Assembly: GCA_013359235.1 (NCBI GenBank)
Contig: JABWCE010000009.1
Coordinates: forward strand, 8,796-72,795
From: Bacteroidota bacterium
Lineage (GTDB): Bacteria; Bacteroidota; Bacteroidia; NS11-12g; UBA9320
Direction of reading: 5' to 3'
DNA length: 64,000 nucleotides
This document shows positions 1 to 10,571 of the stretch, one piece after another. Positions within the stretch are counted from its first letter, which is position 1; every line of letters starts with the position of its first letter. A program made the translations under genes and the position numbers. A model generated the notes under the pieces. The model was not told the origin of the DNA, did no database searches, and worked only from the letters and a program-made list of their open reading frames with translations.

Positions 1-2
1 AG

Positions 3-1958
3 TTGTGTTTAAATAAAAAATATCTGATAGGTGCAGCAGTGTCTTCAATAGGCATTGCATTGCAGCTTCAGGCCAATCACTACCAAATTACTTATTATGT
101 ATTGATTATATTACTTTGCTGGGGAATTTCAGAATTCATAATAGCAATAAAAACAAAAGCTATAAAACAACTTGTAGTTTCGGTTTTAATTTTTGCAATT
201 TCTTCAATAATTGGCGTAGGAACAAATGCAGTATCATTATTACTAACAAAAGATTACTCCGAAGAAACCATAAGAGGAAAATCAGAGCTTACAATATCAT
301 CAGACAATAAGAAAAAAGAGGTGCAAAGCAGCGGGCTTGATATTGACTATGCATTTGACTGGAGCCAAGGCTGGGAAGATTTGCCCACTATACTTATTCC
401 TAATTTTGCCGGCGGTGGTAGCGGTACTGAATTAGGAAACAATGACCAAACCAAAAAATATCTTCAGCAAATGGCACAAAGCCAAGATCAACAGCAGGCT
501 CAGCAAGCTCAGTATTTTTTAAATCAAAAAACCAATCCATGGGCATATTGGGGGTCGCTGCCATTTACGTCAGGTCCTGTATATTTTGGTGCCCTAATAT
601 TGTTTTTGTTCACTGCCGGTATGTTTTATTTTCCCCGAAACGATATTCAAAAATGGTGGTGGCTTGCAGCATTGGTGCTTTCATTGTTTCTGTCAATGGG
701 TAAAAATCTTATGTGGTTTAATAGTATTTTCTTTCATTATTTTCCTATGTACAACAAATTTCGCTCAGTAAATATGTCATTGGTAATTGGACAAATTGTA
801 GTTGCAATATTCGCAGCCATTTCATTAAATAAAATTTTAGCTGAAAATGTTGACAAAGCAAAAGCCAAAAGTGCATTGAAAAAGGCACTTTATATTACAG
901 GAGGTTTTTGTTTATTGATGATTCTTTATTCGGGTGCAGCCGAACTGGGTGACCCTACAAAAGCTCCCGCCGAAACAATGGCTGACAGAGCTTCTTATTT
1001 AAGAAAAGACGCTTTGAGATCGCTTTTTTTCATTGTTGCCGGATTTGCTGCATTTTGGTATTATTTTAAGGAGAAATTAACATCAGTGCATATTAAAATT
1101 GCTGTTGGAATTATTATATTACTCGATCTTTGGCTTGTTGACCGCCGTTATCTGAATGACAAGAGTTGGGAAAAAGAAAAATCATATCAATCTGCAAATT
1201 TTACCCCAAACGAAGCTGATTTAGAAATATTGAAAGACAAATCGTATTACCGCGTTTTCGATGCTACAGCAAGTGCCTTCAATAGTGCAAGAGCATCGTA
1301 TTTTCATCATTCTGTCGGAGGCTATCACGCTGCAAAACTTCGCAGATTTCAGGAAGTTGTAGAATGGCATATTACAAAAAATGATATGGATATAATGAAT
1401 ATGCTAAATGTAAAATATTACATAATGCAAGACCAAACAACAGGTAAATATTTTGCACAGAAAAATGATAGTGCCTGTGGCAATGCATGGTTTGTAAAAG
1501 AGTATAAAATAATGAAAAACTCTGATGAAGAAATTAAAACCTTGGGTACAATAGCCCCTTCAAAAACTGCAATTGTTGACAAAAGATATGAAAATATGTT
1601 GAAGAATGAAAATTTTAGATTTGACTCTTCGGCAACTATAAAATTTGAAAAATACGACCCCGATAAATTGCAATACAGTTACACTTCTGCAAGCCCGCAG
1701 ATAGTAGTGTTTTCAGAAATATATTACAACGAAAAAAAAGGATGGAATGCGTATATTGATGGGAAAAAAGTACCACATTTCAGATGTGATTATATTTTGA
1801 GGGGCATGGTAGTTCCGGAAGGTTCTCATAAAATTGAATTCAGGTTTGAACCTCAAAATTTCAACGCATCAAAAAATATTGCACTAGCAAGTAATGCAGC
1901 TATGTATTTATTGCTATTTGCAGGAATTGGTTCTTTGTTTTTTAAGAAAAAAAAATGA
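3..1958 (+). CDS. YfhO-family polytopic membrane protein, 5'-truncated at the window edge
   Basis: The ORF runs from the window start. It has several hydrophobic transmembrane segments. The C-terminal beta-rich tail (…GWNAYIDGKKVPHFRCDYILRGMVVPEGSHKIEFRFEP) is typical of the YfhO family. Confidence 0.55.
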   Translation: MCLNKKYLIGAAVSSIGIALQLQANHYQITYYVLIILLCWGISEFIIAIKTKAIKQLVVSVLIFAISSIIGVGTNAVSLLLTKDYSEETIRGKSELTISSDNKKKEVQSSGLDIDYAFDWSQGWEDLPTILIPNFAGGGSGTELGNNDQTKKYLQQMAQSQDQQQAQQAQYFLNQKTNPWAYWGSLPFTSGPVYFGALILFLFTAGMFYFPRNDIQKWWWLAALVLSLFLSMGKNLMWFNSIFFHYFPMYNKFRSVNMSLVIGQIVVAIFAAISLNKILAENVDKAKAKSALKKALYITGGFCLLMILYSGAAELGDPTKAPAETMADRASYLRKDALRSLFFIVAGFAAFWYYFKEKLTSVHIKIAVGIIILLDLWLVDRRYLNDKSWEKEKSYQSANFTPNEADLEILKDKSYYRVFDATASAFNSARASYFHHSVGGYHAAKLRRFQEVVEWHITKNDMDIMNMLNVKYYIMQDQTTGKYFAQKNDSACGNAWFVKEYKIMKNSDEEIKTLGTIAPSKTAIVDKRYENMLKNENFRFDSSATIKFEKYDPDKLQYSYTSASPQIVVFSEIYYNEKKGWNAYIDGKKVPHFRCDYILRGMVVPEGSHKIEFRFEPQNFNASKNIALASNAAMYLLLFAGIGSLFFKKKK

Positions 1959-1967
1959 AGAAAAATA

Positions 1968-3098
1968 ATGCTTTTTGAAGAAATACCCGGGCAGGAAGTT
2001 GTAAAAGAGAAACTTTTAAGTTTATACAATCAACAAAGATTGCCTAATACTCTTATGTTAAGCGGTGGCGAAGGTTGTTGTTCACTTGCACTTGCTGTTG
2101 CTTTTGCACAATACATAATGTGTGTGGGACAAAAAGGAAATGATGCCTGCAACCAGTGCGATAATTGCTCAAAAACTTCATCGTTTATTCATCCTGATTT
2201 GCATTTTAGTTTTCCGGTTATAAATTCGGAAGGTGCAAAAACAAGTGATGCCTTTATTACAGAATGGCGAAACGAATTTGCCCAAAATCCTTTTTTGAGC
2301 TATAAACAATGGATTGAAGCTATAAAAGATAAAGATGAGCAAAATAAACAAGGAAATATAACCGCCGAAGAATGTAGGGCAATTATTAGAAAATTAAGCC
2401 TTAAATCTTATGAAGGAGGGAAAAAAATAATGATTATCTGGCTTCCCGAATTTATGGGAAATTCATCTAATATTTTACTCAAAGTATTAGAAGAACCTCC
2501 CGAAAACACACATTTTATATTTGTTACCGAAGAAATAAATAAAATATTATCAACTGTAATTTCGCGTTCACAGATTATAAATGTACCGCCTCTGAGTTTT
2601 GACGAATTAAAAGATTTTTTAATTGAAAAATATGAATTATCAACCACAGATGCTACCAATATTTCGTATATAAGCAAAGGAAATATTTGCACTGCAATAG
2701 AAATGACTGATGAAACAGATACTACATATACCGAAAATATAAGAAATTGGTTTTTGTACTGTTACAGCCGCAACAATAAAAATATTTTTGAATGGATAAA
2801 CTCTACTTCGGCAATGGGAAGAGAAAAAATTAAAAAACTGCTCGAAAACTGTAATTATATACTCAACGAGTGTCTTCACTGTATTCACATTGTTGATTAC
2901 AAACCCAAAGTACCATCGGCAAATGAAAAATTTGTAATTGATTTAAGTAAAATTTTAAACTCAGAAAAAATTCAAAAAATATACACAGAAATAAATCAAA
3001 CAATTTATCATATAGAACGTAACTCAAATGCAAGAATATCATTGACAAACCTTTCGTTTTTAGTTAGAAATATTTTTCATAACAAAACATTCAATTAA
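1968..3098 (+). CDS. holB: DNA polymerase III delta-prime subunit
   Basis: AAA+ clamp-loader motifs are present (LSGGEGCCSLALA; ILLKVLEEPPENTHFIFVTEE). It also has the Cys4 zinc module CVGQKGNDACNQCDNC. Confidence 0.85.
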   Translation: MLFEEIPGQEVVKEKLLSLYNQQRLPNTLMLSGGEGCCSLALAVAFAQYIMCVGQKGNDACNQCDNCSKTSSFIHPDLHFSFPVINSEGAKTSDAFITEWRNEFAQNPFLSYKQWIEAIKDKDEQNKQGNITAEECRAIIRKLSLKSYEGGKKIMIIWLPEFMGNSSNILLKVLEEPPENTHFIFVTEEINKILSTVISRSQIINVPPLSFDELKDFLIEKYELSTTDATNISYISKGNICTAIEMTDETDTTYTENIRNWFLYCYSRNNKNIFEWINSTSAMGREKIKKLLENCNYILNECLHCIHIVDYKPKVPSANEKFVIDLSKILNSEKIQKIYTEINQTIYHIERNSNARISLTNLSFLVRNIFHNKTFN

Positions 3099-3159
3099 TT
3101 ATTATAAATTTAATATTTCAATTTAATATATCTTCGCTCCAAAATTTGAAATAAATAAA

Positions 3160-4368
3160 ATGGGGTGCGGAACATGTGCTACTTCCAAAAATGGTTGTGG
3201 CAACTCAAATATATACGGAACGAAGGGTTGTAATAAATTAAATACATTCAATTGGCTGCAGGATATAGAACTGCCCGATAATTTCACACCTTTTGATATT
3301 GTAGAAGTGAGATTTAAAGGTAGCCGAAAAGAATATTACCGGAATACAAACAATCTTGAACTGTACAATGGCGATGCTGTAGTTACCGAAAGTGACCTTG
3401 GGCATGACTTAGGCCATATTTCACTCACAGGCGAACTTGTAAAATTACAACTCAAAAAAGCTGAACTTACACAAGATAGTCAACAAATTAAAAAAATTTA
3501 TAGAAAAGCTACACAAGCCGATATTGACAAATATGATGAATATAAAGCAAAAGAATCTTCTACCCTCGAAAAAGCAAGAACAATTGCTCTTGAACTAAAG
3601 CTAGATATGAAGTTGAGCGATATAGAATTTCAGGGTGACGGAAGAAAAGTCATATTTTTCTATACTGCCGAAGAAAGAGTAGATTTTAGAGAACTTATTA
3701 AAAGATATGCTGCTGATTTTAAAACCAGAATAGAAATGCGTCAAATTAGCTATCGTGAAGAAGCAAGCCGCTTGGGCGGAATTGGCTCATGTGGAAGGGA
3801 GTTGTGTTGCAGCACTTGGTTTACCGATTTTAAAAATGTAAATATTTCTGTTGCACGACATCAGAATTTGAGCATCAATTTGCTTAAACTCTCTGGGCAA
3901 TGTGGCAAACTAAAATGTTGTTTGAACTTTGAACTTGATACATATTTAGAAGCAATAAATGATTTTCCGGGATTAGAAAGAATAAGTTTAAAAACCAAAG
4001 TTGGTATTGCAAATCTTCAAAAGGTAGATATTCTTAAAAGAATAATGTGGTTTACTTACAATGAAGCACCCGGAGATTGGATACCAATTGATGTAGAAAA
4101 AGTTAAAGAAATAATTGCAAAAAACTCAAAAGGCGAAATTCCAGAAACCCTAATTGACAAACCTATGGGAGCCGAAGTACAATCAAAAACAAATTTTAAA
4201 GTGGATGATATGCTTGAAGATTCAAAAATTGATAGGCTTGAGAGAAAAAATAACTCCCAGAACAAGAAGAGTTTTAGTAATAAAAACAACAACCCCAAAG
4301 GCAATCAAAACTTTAAAAGAAAAAACAAAGACAAAAGAAATAAACCCAAACCACCCCATAACAAATGA
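3160..4368 (+). CDS. PSP1 C-terminal domain protein (RicT/YaaT-like), with a Cys-rich N-terminus and a Lys/Asn-rich basic tail
   Basis: The conserved PSP1 core is present (GGIGSCGRELCCSTWF…LSGQCGKLKCCLNFE). It lies immediately downstream of holB, as in many bacteria. Confidence 0.8.
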   Translation: MGCGTCATSKNGCGNSNIYGTKGCNKLNTFNWLQDIELPDNFTPFDIVEVRFKGSRKEYYRNTNNLELYNGDAVVTESDLGHDLGHISLTGELVKLQLKKAELTQDSQQIKKIYRKATQADIDKYDEYKAKESSTLEKARTIALELKLDMKLSDIEFQGDGRKVIFFYTAEERVDFRELIKRYAADFKTRIEMRQISYREEASRLGGIGSCGRELCCSTWFTDFKNVNISVARHQNLSINLLKLSGQCGKLKCCLNFELDTYLEAINDFPGLERISLKTKVGIANLQKVDILKRIMWFTYNEAPGDWIPIDVEKVKEIIAKNSKGEIPETLIDKPMGAEVQSKTNFKVDDMLEDSKIDRLERKNNSQNKKSFSNKNNNPKGNQNFKRKNKDKRNKPKPPHNK

Positions 4369-4535
4369 TTTTAAGTAATATTTAGGGATTATCTTCTAAA
4401 AATATGAAATGAAAATATTATTAAAATATTTTCTACTGTTTTTATATTCATTCAATACATATTTTAATAATTTATAACAAAAAACTACTCATTTTGATTT
4501 TATCAATTTAAAATTATATATGTTTTGAAAATGAC

Positions 4536-4549
4536 ATGATAATTATCAT
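4536..4549. promoter_or_regulatory. 14-bp perfect palindrome ATGATAATTATCAT ending 35 bp upstream of the activase start codon; candidate operator with Fur-box-like GATAAT/ATTATC half sites
   Basis: The reverse complement is identical to the forward sequence. It sits inside the AT-rich leader of the 4584 gene. Confidence 0.3.
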
Positions 4550-4583
4550 ATTATATTAATCAATATTCTTTTTTGTTTGTTTT

Positions 4584-7500
4584 ATGGAAATTTCATCTAA
4601 TACGCAAAAAAACGAAAACAAAGACTTGTATTTAGGTTTAGATCTTGGTTCAATTTCGCTAAATACGGTTATTTTGGATCGTGAAAACAATATTCTTGAA
4701 AATTACTACGACCATTGCCATGGGCAACCTTTTTTGATGTTAAGAAAAAGATTAACCGACTTGCTTGAAAGATACGATATTTCACAATTTAAAATAGTAG
4801 GAATTACAGGCACAGGAGGAAAGTTAGCTTCTGACTTGGTCGGAGGGCAATTTATAAACGAAATTATAGCTCAGTCAAAATCTGTTTCAATTTTGTATCC
4901 TCATGCAAAAACAATAATAGAAATGGGGGGCGAAGATTCAAAACTTATTTTTATGGAAAACGGCAGCCAAAGCGAATCTTCAAGCCTTGCCGATTTTACC
5001 ATGAACGGTGTTTGTGCAGCCGGCACGGGTTCTTTCTTAGACCAACAGGCAAAAAGAATAGGAGTATCAATTGAAAAAGAATTTGGAGAAATGGCTTTAA
5101 AATCAGCTAATCCTCCACATATTGCAGGGCGTTGTAGTGTATTTGCAAAAAGCGATATGATACATTTGCAGCAAATAGCTACACCTGTACACGATATTGT
5201 AGCCGGATTGTGTTTTGCAGTTGCAAGAAATTTTAAAAGCAACTTGGCTAAAGGAAAAGAGCTTCAAAAACCGATAATTTTTCAGGGGGGAGTAGCAGCC
5301 AATGCCGGTGTAGTTCATGCTTTTGAAGATATTCTTAAACTTGAAAAGGGTGAATTGATTATTCCCCAATATCACGCTTCTATGGGTGCTCTCGGTGCAA
5401 TTTATTATGCAAAAGAAAATCCTGAAACTAATATTCCATTTAGGGGATTGAACGACCTTGAAGATTATTTACTTCAGTCTAATGGCAATAGTACAGGACT
5501 TACTCCATTAAAAGAATCAGAAGCTAAAGTAAATAAAACATCAACTTATAATTTTAACGGACATGGTAAAATACCTGTTTATCTTGGGATAGACGTAGGC
5601 TCATTGAGTACAAACGTAGTATTGATAGATGACAATAATAACGTAGTAGCCAGACGTTATTTGCCCACAGCAAGCCGTCCACTTGAAGCAATTCAACGTG
5701 GTTTAAGAGAAATTTTTGAAGAGTGTGGTAATAAAGTAGAAATAAGAGCTGCAGGTACAACAGGCTCGGGGCGATATCTTACCGGTGATTTTATAGGAGC
5801 AGATGTAATTCAAAACGAAATTACAGCACAAGCCACTGCTGCAATAGCTTACGACCCTACAGTAGATACAATTTTTGAAATTGGCGGGCAAGATTCAAAA
5901 TATATAAGTATTGAAAACGGCATTGTTATTGATTTTGAAATGAACAAAGTTTGTGCTGCCGGTACCGGCTCTTTTCTTGAAGAACAAGCCGAAAAACTTG
6001 ATATAAATATTGTTGAACAATTTGGAACTCTTGCATTGAGTTCAGAACAACCAACATCATTAGGTTGCAGATGCACTGTTTTTATTGAGTCAGAACTTAA
6101 TGCAAACCAGCAACGAGGCGAAAAAAACGAAAATCTTGTTGGCGGTTTGGCATATTCAATTGTGAACAATTACATACAGCGTGTGGTATGTAATAGAAAA
6201 ATAGGCGATAAAATTTTTTTTCAAGGAGGTGTAGCAAACAACAAAGGAGTGGTTGCGGCATTTGAAAAAGTTACAGGAAAATCAATCTTTATTCCACCAA
6301 ATTTTGATGTTACCGGAGCTATAGGAATGGCAATACTTGCAAAAGAAAAAGTTCAAGAAGTTGGGTATTCAAAATTTAAAGGTTTTGAAGTGAAAGATGC
6401 TTCATATACGCTTGATAAATTTATTTGCAAAGATAAAGATTGCCATGACTTTTGTGAAATAAGAATGGTAAAAATAGAAGGAGAAAAACGTCCTTTGTGC
6501 TATGGTGGAAGATGCGAAAAATATGAAATTGCAGAGCGAAAGAAAAAAACCGACGATATTCCAAACTTGTTTGACGAACGAGAAAAACTTCTTTTAGGTG
6601 ATTTTGATGAAGAGAGAAACAAAGGTGCAATTTCAATAGGCATTCCTCGTGAACTTGTTCTTTTTTATCAAGATTTTCCATTTTGGCGAACATTCTTTTA
6701 CGAACTTGGATTTAACATAGTAATATCAAAGCCAACCGATAGGGCTCTTGTTTCAAAATCGCTCGAAATGCTTACATCAGAAACATGTTTTCCTATTGAA
6801 GTAGTTCACGGACATATTTTAGATTTAATAAACCGCAATGTTGACCATATTTTTGTACCATTTGTAGTAAATGCTAAACCTGCTCCAAACAATCCCACTT
6901 CAAACTGCAATTGCCCTTGGATACAATCATATCCATTTATGGTAAAATCAGCCCTTGTTGGAAATCAGGGAAGAGATAAACTTTTGATCCCTACATTTCA
7001 CCCACGCTTTTTCGATAGAGTTTTTGTAAAAGAAGTTGTAGAATTTATGAAAACTCAGTTTGGTACAGACAAGTCAAAAGTGAAAAATGCCATTTACAAA
7101 GCACAAGAAAAACAAGTTGAATTTGAAAATTCTCTTGTTAAAAGAGGTAAAGAAATATTAGAAAACCTGCCTGAAGAAAGAGAGGCAATGGTAATTTTAG
7201 GAAGGTCTTACAATACAGGCGACCCTGAAATGAACCTACGACTTGTTGAAAAACTAATAAACTTAAATGTTTTGCCAATTCCGCTTGATTTTCTCCCGTT
7301 GAATGAAGAAAATATTTTTGATGAATTTCCTAATATGTATTGGCCCGGTGGCAGGAGAATTTTAGCCGGTGCCCGTATTGTAGCTAAAAACCCTAAACTT
7401 TATGCAATATACATGAGCAATTTCAGATGTGGACCCGATTCGTTTATAACACATTTTGCAACAGAAGTATTAAAAGGAAAACCTTCAATACAACTTGAAA

Positions 7501-8855
7501 TTGATGAGCACTCGGCTGATGCAGGATTAATCACCAGACTTGAAGCATTTCTCGACAGTATAAGAAAAAAAGGTAGAAAACCCCATGAATATAAACCGAA
7601 AACTGCGGTTGATTTTAAACAAGCCTCTCCTACAAACGACAGAGTTTTGTGGTGGCCTTATATGAATGATAGTTCATACATTGCAGCGGCTGCAGCACGT
7701 AGTTGTGGTATTGAATCTTATTCATTGCCAGTTCAAACAAAAGATGATTTGGAATTGGGCAGAAAATTTACAAATGGGAAAGAATGTTTCCCTCAAATAT
7801 GTACAATTGGTTCATTTGTGAAAAAATTACAACAACCGGGAATTGATGCAAAAAAAATAAGTTTCTTTATGCCCGACCATAATGGACCATGCCGTTTTGG
7901 ACAATACAACCAGCTTGACAAAATAATTTTTGAAAGACTTGGAATGAAAGATGTGAAAATAGTTAGCCCTTCAAATGATGGCTCATACTCTGATATTACA
8001 CCCGGAAGTGGTACAAAATTTAGAATGAATGTATGGAAAGGCTTTGTTGCTGTTGACTTGATAAGAAAATTACAACAACAATATCGCCCTTATGAAGTAA
8101 ATAAAGGAGAAACAGACATGATTTATAAAAATGCACTAAAGCAAATTGAAAATTGTGTGGAAAATGATTGCCGTGGCTTGTCGGAAGTACTTGAAACAGC
8201 AGGCAAAAATTTTAAAACTATAAAAATTTACGACATTCCGCGTAAGCCAGTTGTTTCGCTGGTTGGCGAAATATTTATGCGTGATAATGTGTTTTGCAGT
8301 GGAAATATTGTTGCCAGATTAGAAGAATTGGGAGCAGAAACATATATGGCTCCATTTTCTGAGTGGTTTTTTTACTCAACATATCGCTACACTCGTGACA
8401 GCAAATGGAAAGGCGATATTATGGGAATTATTAAATCAAAAATTCAACAATTCGGGCAGCATGCTTCATATCATAAATTGATGAAAGCTGTTGAAGATAT
8501 TGTTGATCATGAAAAAGAGGTTCCACTTGATGCTATGCTTGAACTTACAGCACCTTATGTACATAAAGATTATGATGGCGATCCGGTATTGGCAATCGGT
8601 TCGTCATCGGCACTATCTAAAAAAGGAGTTTCGGGTATTTGCAATATCCTTCCATTTACATGTATGCCAGGTACTTTGATATGTTCTGTTGCAGGCAGTT
8701 TCAGAAAAGACCACAACAATATACCTTGGGTTGATTATGCTTACGATGGCCAGCAGGATGTTTCTACCGATACAAAACTGCAGGCTTTTATGTATCAGGT
8801 AAAAGAATATCAGCAAAGAGAAAATGCTCATACAATGAAACCAATTCTTGTTTAA
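4584..8855 (+). CDS. CoA-substrate-specific enzyme activase fusion: two BadF/BadG/BcrA/BcrD-type ASKHA ATPase domains plus a 2-hydroxyacyl-CoA dehydratase-like (YjiM/HgdB-like) domain
   Basis: The activase signature occurs twice (MNGVCAAGTGSFLDQQA and MNKVCAAGTGSFLEEQA). There is a Cys-rich linker (CKDKDCHDFC…CYGGRCEKYE). The C-terminal region resembles dehydratase D-components. Confidence 0.8.
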   Translation: MEISSNTQKNENKDLYLGLDLGSISLNTVILDRENNILENYYDHCHGQPFLMLRKRLTDLLERYDISQFKIVGITGTGGKLASDLVGGQFINEIIAQSKSVSILYPHAKTIIEMGGEDSKLIFMENGSQSESSSLADFTMNGVCAAGTGSFLDQQAKRIGVSIEKEFGEMALKSANPPHIAGRCSVFAKSDMIHLQQIATPVHDIVAGLCFAVARNFKSNLAKGKELQKPIIFQGGVAANAGVVHAFEDILKLEKGELIIPQYHASMGALGAIYYAKENPETNIPFRGLNDLEDYLLQSNGNSTGLTPLKESEAKVNKTSTYNFNGHGKIPVYLGIDVGSLSTNVVLIDDNNNVVARRYLPTASRPLEAIQRGLREIFEECGNKVEIRAAGTTGSGRYLTGDFIGADVIQNEITAQATAAIAYDPTVDTIFEIGGQDSKYISIENGIVIDFEMNKVCAAGTGSFLEEQAEKLDINIVEQFGTLALSSEQPTSLGCRCTVFIESELNANQQRGEKNENLVGGLAYSIVNNYIQRVVCNRKIGDKIFFQGGVANNKGVVAAFEKVTGKSIFIPPNFDVTGAIGMAILAKEKVQEVGYSKFKGFEVKDASYTLDKFICKDKDCHDFCEIRMVKIEGEKRPLCYGGRCEKYEIAERKKKTDDIPNLFDEREKLLLGDFDEERNKGAISIGIPRELVLFYQDFPFWRTFFYELGFNIVISKPTDRALVSKSLEMLTSETCFPIEVVHGHILDLINRNVDHIFVPFVVNAKPAPNNPTSNCNCPWIQSYPFMVKSALVGNQGRDKLLIPTFHPRFFDRVFVKEVVEFMKTQFGTDKSKVKNAIYKAQEKQVEFENSLVKRGKEILENLPEEREAMVILGRSYNTGDPEMNLRLVEKLINLNVLPIPLDFLPLNEENIFDEFPNMYWPGGRRILAGARIVAKNPKLYAIYMSNFRCGPDSFITHFATEVLKGKPSIQLEIDEHSADAGLITRLEAFLDSIRKKGRKPHEYKPKTAVDFKQASPTNDRVLWWPYMNDSSYIAAAAARSCGIESYSLPVQTKDDLELGRKFTNGKECFPQICTIGSFVKKLQQPGIDAKKISFFMPDHNGPCRFGQYNQLDKIIFERLGMKDVKIVSPSNDGSYSDITPGSGTKFRMNVWKGFVAVDLIRKLQQQYRPYEVNKGETDMIYKNALKQIENCVENDCRGLSEVLETAGKNFKTIKIYDIPRKPVVSLVGEIFMRDNVFCSGNIVARLEELGAETYMAPFSEWFFYSTYRYTRDSKWKGDIMGIIKSKIQQFGQHASYHKLMKAVEDIVDHEKEVPLDAMLELTAPYVHKDYDGDPVLAIGSSSALSKKGVSGICNILPFTCMPGTLICSVAGSFRKDHNNIPWVDYAYDGQQDVSTDTKLQAFMYQVKEYQQRENAHTMKPILV

Positions 8856-8896
8856 AAAAAATGTTTTTTAAAACTGAAAGTTTTTAGATTTATTAG

Positions 8897-9263
8897 TGGA
8901 GTTGCGGGGATTCGAACCCCGGTCCGGCGATGGAATTAATTGAGCTTTCTACATGTTTATCGTTAATTGGTTTCAGTACTTTAGGAGGTTTAACGATTAC
9001 CGTTTAAAGTCTTGTTCTGATTAATAAATTCAACAAGTATCAGAAACCTTTGTTAAATTTCTTCGGATTTTCGACCGCCTTTTACCATACCTGCCGAAGA
9101 AGAGGTATGAAGGCGGATGACATTTACCTAATCTCTGATTAGGCAGCCATTGCGAAGTTGTATTCGCCTTTTATTTTTTGAACCTTCAGATTATAGAGCA
9201 ACAGGAACAACGCTCTACATGCTTACTCATCAATTGCTCAACCCGTCAATTCCGTTCAACCCC
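8897..9263 (-). ncRNA. ssrA: tmRNA (ssrA), CCA not encoded
   Basis: The minus-strand 5' end is GGGGTTGAACGGAATTGACGGG. The 3' tRNA-like end is CCGGACCGGGGTTCGAATCCCCGCAACTCCA (T-arm GGTTCGAATCC) and pairs with the 5' end. An internal tag frame, minus strand 9168..9139, reads GEYNFAMAA-stop. Confidence 0.8.
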
Positions 9264-9353
9264 AATTGATTTTTTTAAAATACAAAGTTAATAAAATATG
9301 CAAAATATATACCTTTATGGTTTAAAAATTTCATTTAAACTAACTTCGCAGCA

Positions 9354-10571
9354 ATGATTATAGGTTTAATTAGAGAAAACAAAAACCCACCCGACCGTCG
9401 CGTTGCTCTTACACCCTTGCAATGCAGCAAAGTTCAAAAATTATTCCCCAACTTAAAGATTATTGTTCAATGCTCGCTTCATAGAGTTTTTAGTGATGAT
9501 GAATATAGAAAATATGACATTTCTGTTGGAGAAAATATGGCAGATTGCGATATTTTACTCGGCATAAAAGAAGTGCCTTGTGAATATTTGATTGATGCAA
9601 AAACATATTTGTTTTTTTCGCATACTATAAAAAAACAAGACTATAACCGTGATATGTTGGTTGAAATTTTAAATAAAAAAATAAAACTTATAGATTATGA
9701 ATGCCTGCAAAACGAAAAAGGTTCAAGGATTTTGGGTTTTGGCAAATATGCTGGTATAGTTGGTACTTTCGAAATATTGAGAGCTTTTGGAAAAAAATAT
9801 AAGATTTTTGAACTTAAATCTCCATCAACTTTCAAAAATTATGAAGATTTAAAAAGTTCAATCATAAAATATACTTCTTTAATAAAAAAACAGAACAAAA
9901 AAATTGTACTTGCAGGAAGTGGCAGAGTAATATCAGGTAGCGAAGAGTTATTACAATTTATAGAAATAAAAAAAACGAACCCTTATGATTTTTTAAATAA
10001 AACTTTTGATGAAACTGTTTATACCCTTCTCGATATTGAAGACTTGTATGAAAGAATTGACAAATTAGAAACAACTCATCAGCATTTTTATAAAAATCAT
10101 GATATGTATTTATCAAAGTTTAAACCCTATACTGCAAAAGCCGATATATTGATAAATGGAGTATTTTGGGATAAAAACATTGTAAGGCATTTTGAAAAAG
10201 AAGATACCATGAAAGATGATTTTAAAATAAAACTAATAGCAGACATTTCGTGTGATATAGAAGGTTCAGTACCATTAACAATTCGCGAAACAACTATTGA
10301 AAATCCTGTAATGGGATGGGATGGTAAAATGCAAAAAGAATGTGAACCCTATACTGAAAAAAGTATTGATATAATGGCTATTTCTAATTTACCTACCGAG
10401 TTGCCTGCTGATTCATCTTTTGGATTTGGCGAAGACTTGATACAATACGTTCTACCCGAATTATTGAAAGAAAAAAGCAAAATAATAGATAATGCTACAA
10501 TTTGTGAAAATGGAAAATTAACCGATAAATTTAATTACCTTCAGGATTTTGTAAGTAAAAGAGATGAATAG
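9354..10571 (+). CDS. AlaDH/PNT-family NAD-dependent dehydrogenase (saccharopine dehydrogenase-like)
   Basis: The N-terminus (IIGLIRENKNPPDRRVALTP) matches AlaDH/PNT substrate domains. A Rossmann motif VLAGSGRVISG is present. Length 405 aa. Confidence 0.55.
   Translation: MIIGLIRENKNPPDRRVALTPLQCSKVQKLFPNLKIIVQCSLHRVFSDDEYRKYDISVGENMADCDILLGIKEVPCEYLIDAKTYLFFSHTIKKQDYNRDMLVEILNKKIKLIDYECLQNEKGSRILGFGKYAGIVGTFEILRAFGKKYKIFELKSPSTFKNYEDLKSSIIKYTSLIKKQNKKIVLAGSGRVISGSEELLQFIEIKKTNPYDFLNKTFDETVYTLLDIEDLYERIDKLETTHQHFYKNHDMYLSKFKPYTAKADILINGVFWDKNIVRHFEKEDTMKDDFKIKLIADISCDIEGSVPLTIRETTIENPVMGWDGKMQKECEPYTEKSIDIMAISNLPTELPADSSFGFGEDLIQYVLPELLKEKSKIIDNATICENGKLTDKFNYLQDFVSKRDE

Noticed and set aside
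116-310. 64-aa plus-strand ORF rich in N/K/R/F
   Set aside because: It lies inside the YfhO-like gene in another frame; low-complexity translation of AT-rich DNA.
4901-6169. Several 60-113-aa minus-strand ORFs inside the activase gene, and similar short ORFs inside the 16-kb and 8.6-kb genes
   Set aside because: They are fully embedded antisense or out-of-frame to long, motif-rich ORFs. Stop-poor shadow frames are typical in biased sequence.
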